Notes under the pieces: model-generated | Databases searched by the model: none | What the model saw: the letters and a program-made list of their open reading frames with translations, nothing else | Told to the model about the DNA's origin: nothing | Made by a program: the position numbers and the translations under genes | IMG/VR virus record: IMGVR_UViG_3300020177_001482 | Location: 1 to 64,000 of that record | Strand: one strand, 5' to 3' | DNA length: 64,000 nt | DNA from: a virus | Shown: piece by piece, positions 1-8,819 of the stretch | Numbering within the stretch: position 1 is the stretch's first letter | Layout: each line of letters opens with the position of its first letter

Positions 1-2
1 GG

Positions 3-608
3 ATGGCACCTGCCAAGGACCTAGAACGTTTTGCGGAGACAGGATACAAAGAAGTGTTGGACGCAGACGCAACTCCAGGCACACTTGAGGATGGCAAACA
101 CAGGGTTTTCGTTGAGTTCGCGAGGGTTGAAGCGGTGGATCAACACATCAGGAAGTTCCTAGACGATCTCAAGAAACTCACAAACATAGAGACATTCGAA
201 TTCACGTATCACAAGAGGACCGTGCCATTCGAGGCCAGTGCCAAGAATCTAGCAGATGTACTGCCAAGGACACCAGAAGCATACAATCAAAAGATCAATT
301 CTCTGAAACTGGGAGAGATAAAGGATTTCTTTGACAGGTTCCAGATGATGGAATTCAAACTGGACAACAACATGTTGCAAATAAAGAAACAGAACGCCGA
401 CACATTGAAGTTCGAACTACACGCATTTGGATCAACCAACATGATCATGAACGAGATCAGGGCATTCAAACTAGACGAGTCAGCGATGAGCGAATGCATG
501 TACCTGACCAAATACTTTGGTCCATACCAGATCACCAAGACCACGGAAGACAGATTCATATTCAGCAAGGACGGTCAATCCGCCCTAATGAGCAAAGCAG
601 GTTGGTAA
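3..608 (+). CDS. hypothetical phage protein, probably truncated at the window edge
   Basis: 201 aa ORF on the coding strand; no motif recognised. Confidence 0.6.
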   Translation: MAPAKDLERFAETGYKEVLDADATPGTLEDGKHRVFVEFARVEAVDQHIRKFLDDLKKLTNIETFEFTYHKRTVPFEASAKNLADVLPRTPEAYNQKINSLKLGEIKDFFDRFQMMEFKLDNNMLQIKKQNADTLKFELHAFGSTNMIMNEIRAFKLDESAMSECMYLTKYFGPYQITKTTEDRFIFSKDGQSALMSKAGW

Positions 609-631
609 TATTTAATATACGCACTTATTGA

Positions 632-637
632 TAAATA
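632..637 (+). promoter_or_regulatory. T4-type late promoter core TAAATA
   Basis: TAAATA 5 nt before ATG 643; recurrent motif in this window. Confidence 0.65.
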
Positions 638-642
638 AGTGT

Positions 643-1104
643 ATGAGATTAAGCACAAACTTCACACTAGCAGAATTCACAAAAAGCCAAACAGCGACTA
701 GGAAAGGCCTAGACAACACTCCAAGCGAAGAACACTTGGCAAGTGCAAAAGCACTGTTTGAAAATGTTGTACAGAAGGTCAGGGACAACTTCGGCCTAAC
801 AGTGATCAACTCGGGATACAGGGGACCAGCACTGAATGAAGCAGTGGGTGGTTCAAGTAAATCACAGCACTGCAAAGGTGAGGCGGCGGACATAGAATGT
901 CCAGGCACAGGCAATTACGATGTGGCCAAATGGATATCCGAGAACTGTGACTTCGATCAATTGATATTAGAATTCTACACACCAGGCATACCTGATTCCG
1001 GTTGGGTACACGTGTCATACAAGTCAGAGGGCAATCGTAAGAGCACCCTGACTGCCATGAAGGAAAACGGTAAAACTGTTTACAAGCCTGGTCTTATCCA
1101 ATAA
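643..1104 (+). CDS. endolysin, peptidase M15A family (Zn D-Ala-D-Ala/L-Ala-D-Glu peptidase)
   Basis: LSTNFTLAEF start, SGYR, SQHCKGEAAD and WVHVS motifs; start moved to ATG 643. Confidence 0.85.
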   Translation: MRLSTNFTLAEFTKSQTATRKGLDNTPSEEHLASAKALFENVVQKVRDNFGLTVINSGYRGPALNEAVGGSSKSQHCKGEAADIECPGTGNYDVAKWISENCDFDQLILEFYTPGIPDSGWVHVSYKSEGNRKSTLTAMKENGKTVYKPGLIQ

Positions 1105-1107
1105 ATA
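1102..1107 (+). promoter_or_regulatory. late promoter core TAAATA overlapping the endolysin stop codon
   Basis: 8 nt before ATG 1116. Confidence 0.6.
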
Positions 1108-1115
1108 CGTACATT

Positions 1116-1589
1116 ATGTTTTCAACAATAAAGATGGCAATAGCCATAATGTTAATCACCGGTATAGCCGGTGCGGGTGTGTACGTGATGAAACTACGGG
1201 CGGACAACGCCACGCTGAAGGCCAATCAGATAGAACTGGAAAAAGGCATAGAAGCACAGACAAAGTTGATAGAACAACAGAAGGTGGACTTCGAGGCCAT
1301 AATGGAGAGCAACAAGAAACTCAATGCGTTGGTCATGACTTTCAAGAAGGATCTCGACGACCTGGACAAGCGTTTCAACAAGAAGAAAAGAGATTTCGGC
1401 AAACTTGCCATAGACAGGACGGAGGCCATCGAACGGATAATGAACAAGGGTTCTGTGAACGCCAAAAGGTGTGTTGAATTGGCATCAGGTGCAGAAAGAA
1501 CAGAAGCAGAAATCAAAGCAACAAGGAAATCGGAGATTAACCCAGAGTGCCCGGCACTGGCCAACCCAAATTATGTACCTTATGAATAA
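1116..1589 (+). CDS. i-spanin (Rz-like)
   Basis: N-terminal TM helix, long coiled coil, C-terminal Cys; directly after the endolysin. Confidence 0.7.
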   Translation: MFSTIKMAIAIMLITGIAGAGVYVMKLRADNATLKANQIELEKGIEAQTKLIEQQKVDFEAIMESNKKLNALVMTFKKDLDDLDKRFNKKKRDFGKLAIDRTEAIERIMNKGSVNAKRCVELASGAERTEAEIKATRKSEINPECPALANPNYVPYE

Positions 1590-1956
1590 AATTTTAGCAG
1601 TCGCATTAATACTTTTACTGACCGGTTGTGGAATAGGTGGAGAGAAGAGGATCAAACTGTTCACTGTTGAAGAACCTAGGCAGAAGTTGAACCTGCCAGA
1701 CCCAATGCCATTGACCCTGGAAGACATACGCTGGATCATAATCACTTCTGAGAATGCCGAACAGGTTTTCAAGAAACTGGAAGAGGCAGGAATAGATCCC
1801 GTGCTTTTTGGATTGACCGACAAGGACTACGAACTTCTATCCAAGAACTTTGCACAGATCAGACAGAAATTACAGGAAACAAATATCCTACTTGAGGAAT
1901 ACAAGAAATACTACGAAGGAACAGAGGAGAAGAAAGATGTGGACGTACAGAACTAA
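1582..1956 (+). CDS. o-spanin lipoprotein (Rz1-like)
   Basis: MNKILAVALILLLTG-C lipobox and Pro-rich segment; overlaps the i-spanin end. Confidence 0.7.
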   Translation: MNKILAVALILLLTGCGIGGEKRIKLFTVEEPRQKLNLPDPMPLTLEDIRWIIITSENAEQVFKKLEEAGIDPVLFGLTDKDYELLSKNFAQIRQKLQETNILLEEYKKYYEGTEEKKDVDVQN

Positions 1957-2371
1957 ATTAAGGAGAGTGGTGGATGGAGACACGGTAGATGTGGACATCG
2001 ACCTAGGCTTCGGCATATGGCAGATGAATGAACGTGTGAGGATCATGGGCATAGACACACCGGAATCAAGAACCAGAGACAAAATTGAAAAGAAATTTGG
2101 ATTGGCCGCAAAAGCCAAACTTAAATCACTGCTGGGGCAAAACCCTGTGTTACAGACAACGATCAGCAAGAAAGGTGAGGACATGAAGGGCAAGTTCGGA
2201 AGGGTGCTTGGAGACTTCATCATAGACGGCAAACAGGTATCACAGATAATGTGCAAGGAAGGTCACGCAGTTGCATACTTTGGTGGTGCGAAAGCAGATG
2301 TACAGAAACAACACATGAAGAACAGGAAGAAACTGGTAGAAGCAGGTGTTGTCAAAGGTGCGATCGAATAA
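1937..2371 (+). CDS. thermonuclease (SNase-like)
   Basis: RVVDGDTVD, RIMGIDTPE and KFGRVLG motifs; GAGGAG SD before ATG 1937. Confidence 0.85.
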   Translation: MWTYRTKLRRVVDGDTVDVDIDLGFGIWQMNERVRIMGIDTPESRTRDKIEKKFGLAAKAKLKSLLGQNPVLQTTISKKGEDMKGKFGRVLGDFIIDGKQVSQIMCKEGHAVAYFGGAKADVQKQHMKNRKKLVEAGVVKGAIE

Positions 2372-2396
2372 ATACGCACATTAACGAGGAGAGTAA

Positions 2397-2987
2397 ATGG
2401 AACTATTAATAACACTAGCAATGAAATTTTGGCAATGGACCGTGCTTATCGCAGTCGTGATCATCGCCGCAATCTTAAATGCTTTAGACAAAAGAAAAAA
2501 ACCTAATTTAAAATTCAACTTCAAAGGAATGCCGAAGTTACAGCCCGTGCCGATCAAGACCAAAGGCAAGGGATTCTGGAAAGGAATCGCCATGTGGTTG
2601 TTATCAACAAGGAACTGGGTGCTGACGGATGACTGGAAGTACAACATAGACGGAAAAGAATATGTTATCCCAGCAGGATTCCAATTTGATGGTGCAAGTA
2701 TTCCCAAGTTCCTAAGGACTTTCTTCTCTCCGGTTGGTGTTTTACTAATGGGTGGTTTGGTACACGACTACGCATACAAATACAAAACATTGTTAGAAGC
2801 AAATAAAAAGAAGACAATGGGTGAGTTGACTCAGAAGAGGGCAGACGAGATCTTCAGAGACATCAACATAATCGTTAACGGTTTCTACTCTATGAACTAC
2901 CTTGCGTACTGGTCATTGAGGATCGGTGGCTTCGTTGCTTGGAATGGTCACAGAAAAAGAGACGCTAAAATCAAAGGTGTGAAATAA
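2397..2987 (+). CDS. DUF1353-like protein with N-terminal TM
   Basis: IPAGFQFDGASIP, VHDYAY and ADEIF motifs; GAGGAG SD. Confidence 0.7.
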   Translation: MELLITLAMKFWQWTVLIAVVIIAAILNALDKRKKPNLKFNFKGMPKLQPVPIKTKGKGFWKGIAMWLLSTRNWVLTDDWKYNIDGKEYVIPAGFQFDGASIPKFLRTFFSPVGVLLMGGLVHDYAYKYKTLLEANKKKTMGELTQKRADEIFRDINIIVNGFYSMNYLAYWSLRIGGFVAWNGHRKRDAKIKGVK

Positions 2988-3325
2988 TGGCCGAGCAATT
3001 GAAAGAAGACAAGTTGGTTGTTCCGTCGGGCACTGACACAGCAAAGAAAAAGGTTTCTGTTGAACTTGAAGTAGATACCAGTGTCAAAGATCTAGGACCA
3101 AACCCATATGCTAAATTAATTCACCTGGCAAGAGCAGTAGACAGTTGGAGAATATTTCCAAGGGTTTTTATCACAACATACATTATACTTTTATACAAGT
3201 GTGTGATATGGTACATGGATCTACCTGCACCAACTATGGAACAGTCAGGTTTAATATCTATTGTCGTAGGTGCTGGGGCGGCCTGGTTTGGACTATACAC
3301 CGGTTCAAGTAAAAAGTCCAAGTAA
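2987..3325 (+). CDS. two-TM membrane protein, candidate holin
   Basis: DSWRIFPR, two hydrophobic helices, basic C-terminus; near lysis genes. Confidence 0.45.
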   Translation: MAEQLKEDKLVVPSGTDTAKKKVSVELEVDTSVKDLGPNPYAKLIHLARAVDSWRIFPRVFITTYIILLYKCVIWYMDLPAPTMEQSGLISIVVGAGAAWFGLYTGSSKKSK

Positions 3326-3336
3326 TTACCACCGCG

Positions 3337-3364
3337 TTGACAAACGCACAATCTAGTATAAAAT
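3337..3364 (+). promoter_or_regulatory. sigma70-type promoter of the dnaJ-def-clpA operon
   Basis: TTGACA-16nt-TAAAAT; ATG 3372 follows after 7 nt with no SD. Confidence 0.65.
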
Positions 3365-3371
3365 ATTAGTA

Positions 3372-4247
3372 ATGAAGAATTATTATGACGTGCTAGGTGT
3401 GAATGAACAAAGCACCAGTGCGGAGATCACGAAAGCATTCAAGGACCTGGCCAAGAAACATCACCCAGACAGGGGCGGTGACAAGGACCGGTTCCAGGAG
3501 ATCAGCGAAGCACACGACACACTGAAGAACTCACAGAAGAGACACGACTACGACACAATGCGTAAGTTCGGCAACGCCAACACCGGAGGTGGACAGCATC
3601 CGTTCTTCAACGAGGACATATTCGGTGACTTCTTCTCAGGTTTCCAGGGTGGGGACATGGATTTCGGAGGCAGTTTTAATTTCACACGTGGACCGGGAGG
3701 TGAGAGGATATTCAGACAGAACAGAGCACAGACCAGGGGCAACAGGAACGTACAGGTGAGAATGGCCATAAGCATCAAAGAAGCCATGACCAAGAGTGAA
3801 AAGACCATCAACTACAAACTGCCCAGTGGTCGTGAAGAGTTTGCAACCGTGAATATTCCAGCGGGTGTGCAACACGGTGTCACATTCAAGTACGCGGGCA
3901 TGGGAGATGATTCCATAAAGAATTTGCCACGTGGAGATCTCATGGTCGTGATGAGTGTTCTGGACTCAGACGGTTACACACGCAAGGGCAATGATCTATA
4001 CACAGACAAGACCATAGACTGTTTCCAAGCAGTGCGTGGACATGAATTCAATCTTAAGACACTGGAAGACAAAATAATAAAAGTGAAAGTACCGTCAGGC
4101 ACACAACCCAACACCATACTACAGGTGAAGGGCCAGGGAATGCCCGTACACAAGACAATTGGCATACGTGGAAACCTCTATGTAAAGGTACACATACTGA
4201 TACCACAACTGAGTGCCGCTGACTTGAAGAAGATAAAGGACCTATGA
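3372..4247 (+). CDS. dnaJ: class II DnaJ (CbpA-like) chaperone
   Basis: J domain with HPD, G/F-rich linker, C-terminal domain, no Zn finger. Confidence 0.9.
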   Translation: MKNYYDVLGVNEQSTSAEITKAFKDLAKKHHPDRGGDKDRFQEISEAHDTLKNSQKRHDYDTMRKFGNANTGGGQHPFFNEDIFGDFFSGFQGGDMDFGGSFNFTRGPGGERIFRQNRAQTRGNRNVQVRMAISIKEAMTKSEKTINYKLPSGREEFATVNIPAGVQHGVTFKYAGMGDDSIKNLPRGDLMVVMSVLDSDGYTRKGNDLYTDKTIDCFQAVRGHEFNLKTLEDKIIKVKVPSGTQPNTILQVKGQGMPVHKTIGIRGNLYVKVHILIPQLSAADLKKIKDL

Positions 4248-4738
4248 TACAAGTATTCCAATACCCACACGAAACACTTATGCAAGTAAGCACAGAATGG
4301 AAATCTGAGGACAGCATCGTAGGGTATGACGATGTTGAAAGATTCGAGACGGACATGATCAAATTGATGTTGGACGAACGTGGAATGGGACTCGCGGCCA
4401 ACCAGATAGGAATTACCAAAAGATTCTTCGCGATAGGCCATGACTCATTTGACACATTCCAAAAACATGCTATAATTTGGAACCCACAGGTGATAAATTC
4501 TAGTGAGGAGAAAGTGATCGATATTGAAGGATGTCTTTCTTTCAAAAATGTATTTGTTAAAGTGGAGAGACCAAAAGTTATAGAAGTGCAATATGAAACA
4601 ACACAAGGCAAAACAAGATTCGCAAAACTCGACGGGATGGAGTCCAAGTGCTTCCAGCATGAACTTGATCACCTTGATGGTATTACGTTTAATAAAAGAG
4701 TATCGAAATTACGATGGCAAATGGCAAACAAAGGATAG
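4244..4738 (+). CDS. def: peptide deformylase
   Basis: GMGLAANQIG, EGCLS and QHELDHLDG motifs. Confidence 0.95.
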   Translation: MIQVFQYPHETLMQVSTEWKSEDSIVGYDDVERFETDMIKLMLDERGMGLAANQIGITKRFFAIGHDSFDTFQKHAIIWNPQVINSSEEKVIDIEGCLSFKNVFVKVERPKVIEVQYETTQGKTRFAKLDGMESKCFQHELDHLDGITFNKRVSKLRWQMANKG

Positions 4739-4741
4739 AAA

Positions 4742-7087
4742 ATGTTAGAAGCAAATGAAGGACTAGAGAACATATTTGAGAACGCAGTCAAAGAAGCAGA
4801 GAAGAGGAGACACGAGTACGTCACAATAGAACACGTGTTACTGTCTCTGATTAAGGACCAAAACATTGGCACGGTGTTGCACGACTTCAAAGTGCAAGTC
4901 GGTGCGTTGATAAAAGATGTAGAAGATTATCTTGACACCAAGTGCAATGACATCGTGGCCAAAGGGTCAGAACCAATGACCCCTCGTAAGACAGCATCAC
5001 TGGAGAGACTGATGAACAGGGCATTCACACAGGCCTTGTTCCAGGGCAGACAGGATGTGAGTTCCGTAGACATATTGATATCAATATTTTCAGAGAAGAA
5101 AAGTTATGCGGCATTCTTCCTTAAAAAACATCAGGTCAACAAACAAGATCTAATTGACCTTGTGTCAACAGAGACCATACTAGATGAGGGCATGGCAGGC
5201 ATGGGAGGTCCAGGTGAGGCAGGGCCAGAGCAGAAACTGAGACCCAACCAAGCGGACAGGATACTAAAGAGTTACTGTGAGAACTTGAACCAGAAATACT
5301 TTGACAAGAAGATTGATCCTGTGATAGGTAGGGAACAAGAAACGGAAGATCTAAAACAGATATTAGCAAGAAGGAACAAGAACAATGTTCTTATCGTTGG
5401 TGACCCCGGTGTTGGTAAGACAGCGGTTGTAGAAGGACTGGCAAGAAGGATTGCGAAGAACAAGGATGATGTGCCAGAATACTTGAAGGATCACATTGTT
5501 TGGAGCCTTGATGTAAACAGCCTTATAGCAGGCAGTAAATTCAGAGGTGACTTCGAAGAGAGATTGAAATTAGTCGTGAACGCACTAGACCAAAAGGGCA
5601 AAAGCATACTGTTCATAGACGAAGCACACATGATAGTGGGTGCTGGCGCAACTGGTCAAGGCAACAACATGGACATGGCAAACATGCTTAAACCTGCACT
5701 GCTAAAAGGTTCAATAAAAGTACTTGCATCAACCACTTGGGAAGAATACAGGAAATACTTTGAAAAGGACAGAGCATTGATGAGGAGATTCCAAAGATTA
5801 CAAGTGGGAGAACCTAGCAAAGAGACAGCAGTAAAAATATTGAAAGGTGTGAAACAGTACTACGAGCAATTCCACAACTGTACAATAACAGACGAGGCCT
5901 GTGAGGACGCTGTGGACTACTCAACAAAATTCATCGCTGACAAGAAACTGCCAGACAAGGCCATAGATGTGATTGATGTAGCATGTGCTAGATTGAGACT
6001 CAATGGAGTCAAAGACGGCAAAATTGATCACGAGGAGATCATACACGAGATAAGTGTGATGACAGGTATCAGCATCGAACAATTGAGTCAAAAGCAGGCA
6101 AGTAATCTTAAAACACTAGAAGAGAAGATGAAACTGCAGGTTTATGGACAGGACAAAGCAATCAACACCATCACAGACAAGATACTAGTTGCCAGAGCAG
6201 GCTTGAAAAGTCTCACTAAGCCAGTTGGATCATTCTTGTTCCTAGGACCAACAGGATGTGGTAAGACTGAAACTGCAAAGCAATTGGCTAAAACACTGGG
6301 TGTTGAATTGATAAGATTTGACATGTCAGAGTACCAAGAGAAACATTCAATCGCAAAACTGATAGGATCACCTCCAGGTTATGTTGGTTATGAGGATTCA
6401 AACATGGGTGGTGGAATGTTCATCAATGAAGTTGAGAAGAATCCACACGCGGTTGTATTGTTTGACGAGATCGAGAAAGCACACAGAGATGTGTCAAACA
6501 TGCTGTTGCAGGTCATGGACTACGGTACGGTGACTGGATCCAACGGCAAGAAAGCAGACTGTAGGAACATCACACTGATAATGACCTCCAACCTGGGTGC
6601 AGAAGAGAATGAGAGGAACAACATCGGGTTTGGTAAGAGCGAGAGAACAGGCGAGGACGACAAAGCACTCAAGAAGTTCTTCCCACCGGAGTTCAGGAAC
6701 AGACTGGATGCTGTGATCAAATTTGACAAATTAAGCAAAGACACCATGAAGTCTGTGGTCAAGAAGTTCTTGCTGGAACTAAACACAATGACCATGGAGA
6801 AAGATGTGGAAGTCAACGCCACAGATGACGCAATAGAATTCTTGATGACGAAAGGCTTTGATGCCAAATTGGGTGCGAGGCCTTTACAACGTGTGATAGA
6901 TGACGAGATCAAGAAACCGTTGAGTAAGATGATGTTGTTTGGAGAACTGACAGAAGGAGGCATGGTCGAGGTTGGACTTTCCGATGACATTGTGCCTAAA
7001 CTCACAGTGAATTTCAAGGCCAAGAAGGAACCAAAAGTTATCGATCAGTTCAAACCTAAAGTGTCTGATGAGAAAAAATCACAATAA
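4742..7087 (+). CDS. clpA: ATP-dependent Clp protease ATPase subunit ClpA
   Basis: Clp N domain, two Walker A motifs (GDPGVGKT, GPTGCGKT), IGF loop, GARPL, no long M domain. Confidence 0.92.
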   Translation: MLEANEGLENIFENAVKEAEKRRHEYVTIEHVLLSLIKDQNIGTVLHDFKVQVGALIKDVEDYLDTKCNDIVAKGSEPMTPRKTASLERLMNRAFTQALFQGRQDVSSVDILISIFSEKKSYAAFFLKKHQVNKQDLIDLVSTETILDEGMAGMGGPGEAGPEQKLRPNQADRILKSYCENLNQKYFDKKIDPVIGREQETEDLKQILARRNKNNVLIVGDPGVGKTAVVEGLARRIAKNKDDVPEYLKDHIVWSLDVNSLIAGSKFRGDFEERLKLVVNALDQKGKSILFIDEAHMIVGAGATGQGNNMDMANMLKPALLKGSIKVLASTTWEEYRKYFEKDRALMRRFQRLQVGEPSKETAVKILKGVKQYYEQFHNCTITDEACEDAVDYSTKFIADKKLPDKAIDVIDVACARLRLNGVKDGKIDHEEIIHEISVMTGISIEQLSQKQASNLKTLEEKMKLQVYGQDKAINTITDKILVARAGLKSLTKPVGSFLFLGPTGCGKTETAKQLAKTLGVELIRFDMSEYQEKHSIAKLIGSPPGYVGYEDSNMGGGMFINEVEKNPHAVVLFDEIEKAHRDVSNMLLQVMDYGTVTGSNGKKADCRNITLIMTSNLGAEENERNNIGFGKSERTGEDDKALKKFFPPEFRNRLDAVIKFDKLSKDTMKSVVKKFLLELNTMTMEKDVEVNATDDAIEFLMTKGFDAKLGARPLQRVIDDEIKKPLSKMMLFGELTEGGMVEVGLSDDIVPKLTVNFKAKKEPKVIDQFKPKVSDEKKSQ

Positions 7088-7709
7088 GTTGTACTACGGC
7101 AAGTACAGGCACAAGACGGTGTTCAAACTGCCTGGTAGCCTGATGTTCTATCCCACAACGGATGAGCACCTAATGAAGTTGAAAAACGACTACAAGGACC
7201 TGCCTGACATCAATCATCTGGCCAGTTTCATAATGGCCAACAGGAGTAACGTGAAGTTCCGTATGCAGGACAGGAAGACCATATTCTATTCTGATCTAGA
7301 CAAGTCGCAGGAATTGATAGAACGTTTCTGGGATTTCTGGGTTGGCTCTGAGACTGTCGACCCCAAGTTCACAAATTTAGGAAAAGACACTGTTGGTTGT
7401 ACCAGACTGCCACACGGCAAGTACAAGTACCAGGTGTACCTGAAGAAAGACGCACAGGTACTGATGACGGACGCACAGAAGAAGAACCTATGGCAGTTCC
7501 TAGAGAGGAACGTTGATGACTGCTTGGTAACCAACTACAACATAATAGACTTCTTGGAGAACAAGTCTCCATACTGCTTTGGTGGTTACTTCTATGTCAA
7601 AGAAGAGAAGTACCTGACCCCAATTTATATGCTGGCACAACAGGCCATAGACAAAGTAATTCAATTCAGAAAGGTGAAAAATGGAAGCAATAAAAAAACT
7701 ACGAGATAA
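7068..7709 (+). CDS. hypothetical protein
   Basis: 213 aa ORF overlapping its neighbours. Confidence 0.7.
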   Translation: MRKNHNKLYYGKYRHKTVFKLPGSLMFYPTTDEHLMKLKNDYKDLPDINHLASFIMANRSNVKFRMQDRKTIFYSDLDKSQELIERFWDFWVGSETVDPKFTNLGKDTVGCTRLPHGKYKYQVYLKKDAQVLMTDAQKKNLWQFLERNVDDCLVTNYNIIDFLENKSPYCFGGYFYVKEEKYLTPIYMLAQQAIDKVIQFRKVKNGSNKKTTR

Positions 7710-7977
7710 GAAAATATTCAATGATCAGAGCATCGTTGAGAGCATGATACAGAAGAACTGGATGGGCTCTCCCGTCATAAAAAGAAGTCTGTTGAGAGTG
7801 AGAAAAGTTAGGGAAGACGACTGTGTGTGCGAAGAACTTGGAGAGGCAGATGGCAAATCCTACAAAATCAAATACATCAACATACTCACAGTGGACGGAC
7901 AGGAGCCAAACGAACTTGCGGCCGTATACGGACTGGGTCCAAAAACAGCAAGATTCAAAAGGAAAAATACTGAATAA
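7681..7977 (+). CDS. hypothetical protein
   Basis: 98 aa ORF with SD-like AAGGTG. Confidence 0.65.
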   Translation: MEAIKKLRDKKIFNDQSIVESMIQKNWMGSPVIKRSLLRVRKVREDDCVCEELGEADGKSYKIKYINILTVDGQEPNELAAVYGLGPKTARFKRKNTE

Positions 7978-7980
7978 ATA
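7975..7980 (+). promoter_or_regulatory. late promoter core TAAATA
   Basis: uses the upstream stop codon; 6 nt before ATG 7987. Confidence 0.65.
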
Positions 7981-7986
7981 ACAACG

Positions 7987-8562
7987 ATGGCACAGACAAG
8001 CACCACACTACTAGCGTCTAAATCGCACATAGCAAACGTTACTGGCACGGATATCAGTTTCACTGCCACGGGTTCCGAGTACAAAATCACTAGTACCAGC
8101 ACTGCACTCAACGGTTTTGCTGTAAGAGATTTGATCACAGTCACAGGGACAACCAGTAACAATTCAACGTTCACCGTGAAAACGGTAAGTTCTGCAAATG
8201 AATTGATCGTTGAAGAGATAGTCACAACAGAAACCTCAGATGGTTCTACCACTACAACACTAGACCACACAGGATTTGTTTCAGACAAATCAAAAGGCGA
8301 TGGATACTACTCACAGCCAGATGGTGTACACACAGTGGCATACCAAGTGAACAGCACAATGACAGGATCTATCAAGATGCAGGGATCACTGGCGACTACA
8401 CCTACAGAAGATGATTGGTTTGATATCGCAGGATCAACATTCACAGCCGACCAGAGCACTTTGATTTCAACTGCCAATTTCACAGGAAATTTTGTTTGGG
8501 TAAGGGCAAAAGCCACGTCAGTCACAGCAGGAACCATCAGTTCCGTACTAATAAACTCATAA
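7987..8562 (+). CDS. putative virion structural protein (Thr/Ser-rich, beta-rich)
   Basis: late promoter; composition; C-terminal NFTGNFVWVRA. Confidence 0.5.
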   Translation: MAQTSTTLLASKSHIANVTGTDISFTATGSEYKITSTSTALNGFAVRDLITVTGTTSNNSTFTVKTVSSANELIVEEIVTTETSDGSTTTTLDHTGFVSDKSKGDGYYSQPDGVHTVAYQVNSTMTGSIKMQGSLATTPTEDDWFDIAGSTFTADQSTLISTANFTGNFVWVRAKATSVTAGTISSVLINS

Positions 8563-8602
8563 AAGTCGCATAAACACTAGGTTATAGCAAGATCAACTTG
8601 AG

Positions 8603-8630
8603 TTGACAGATATGCGTTCCGTGTTATACT
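8603..8630 (+). promoter_or_regulatory. sigma70-type promoter with extended -10
   Basis: TTGACA-16nt-TATACT with TG; ATG 8637 follows after 6 nt. Confidence 0.75.
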
Positions 8631-8636
8631 AATAAC

Positions 8637-8819
8637 ATGAACGACAAAGACCTAGAACAGATCAACACAGTTGATGTGAATATCACGGCTGAATCAATAG
8701 ATGCACACGTGATCTGCCTGAGAGAGAATGGATACAAAGTTCTCAAATCATTTTCATTAATCACAAGATACACACTATTTTTCTTGTTAGGTGCGACCGT
8801 AATGGGAGCATTGGCATGA
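8637..8819 (+). CDS. small membrane protein
   Basis: C-terminal hydrophobic helix; stop overlaps next start. Confidence 0.6.
   Translation: MNDKDLEQINTVDVNITAESIDAHVICLRENGYKVLKSFSLITRYTLFFLLGATVMGALA

Noticed and set aside
3372-7087. Bacterial chromosome origin suggested by dnaJ, def, clpA, guaC, galE and folE
   Set aside because: These genes are interleaved with T4-like replication, lysis and late-promoter features, and no ribosomal or other cellular core operons are present.
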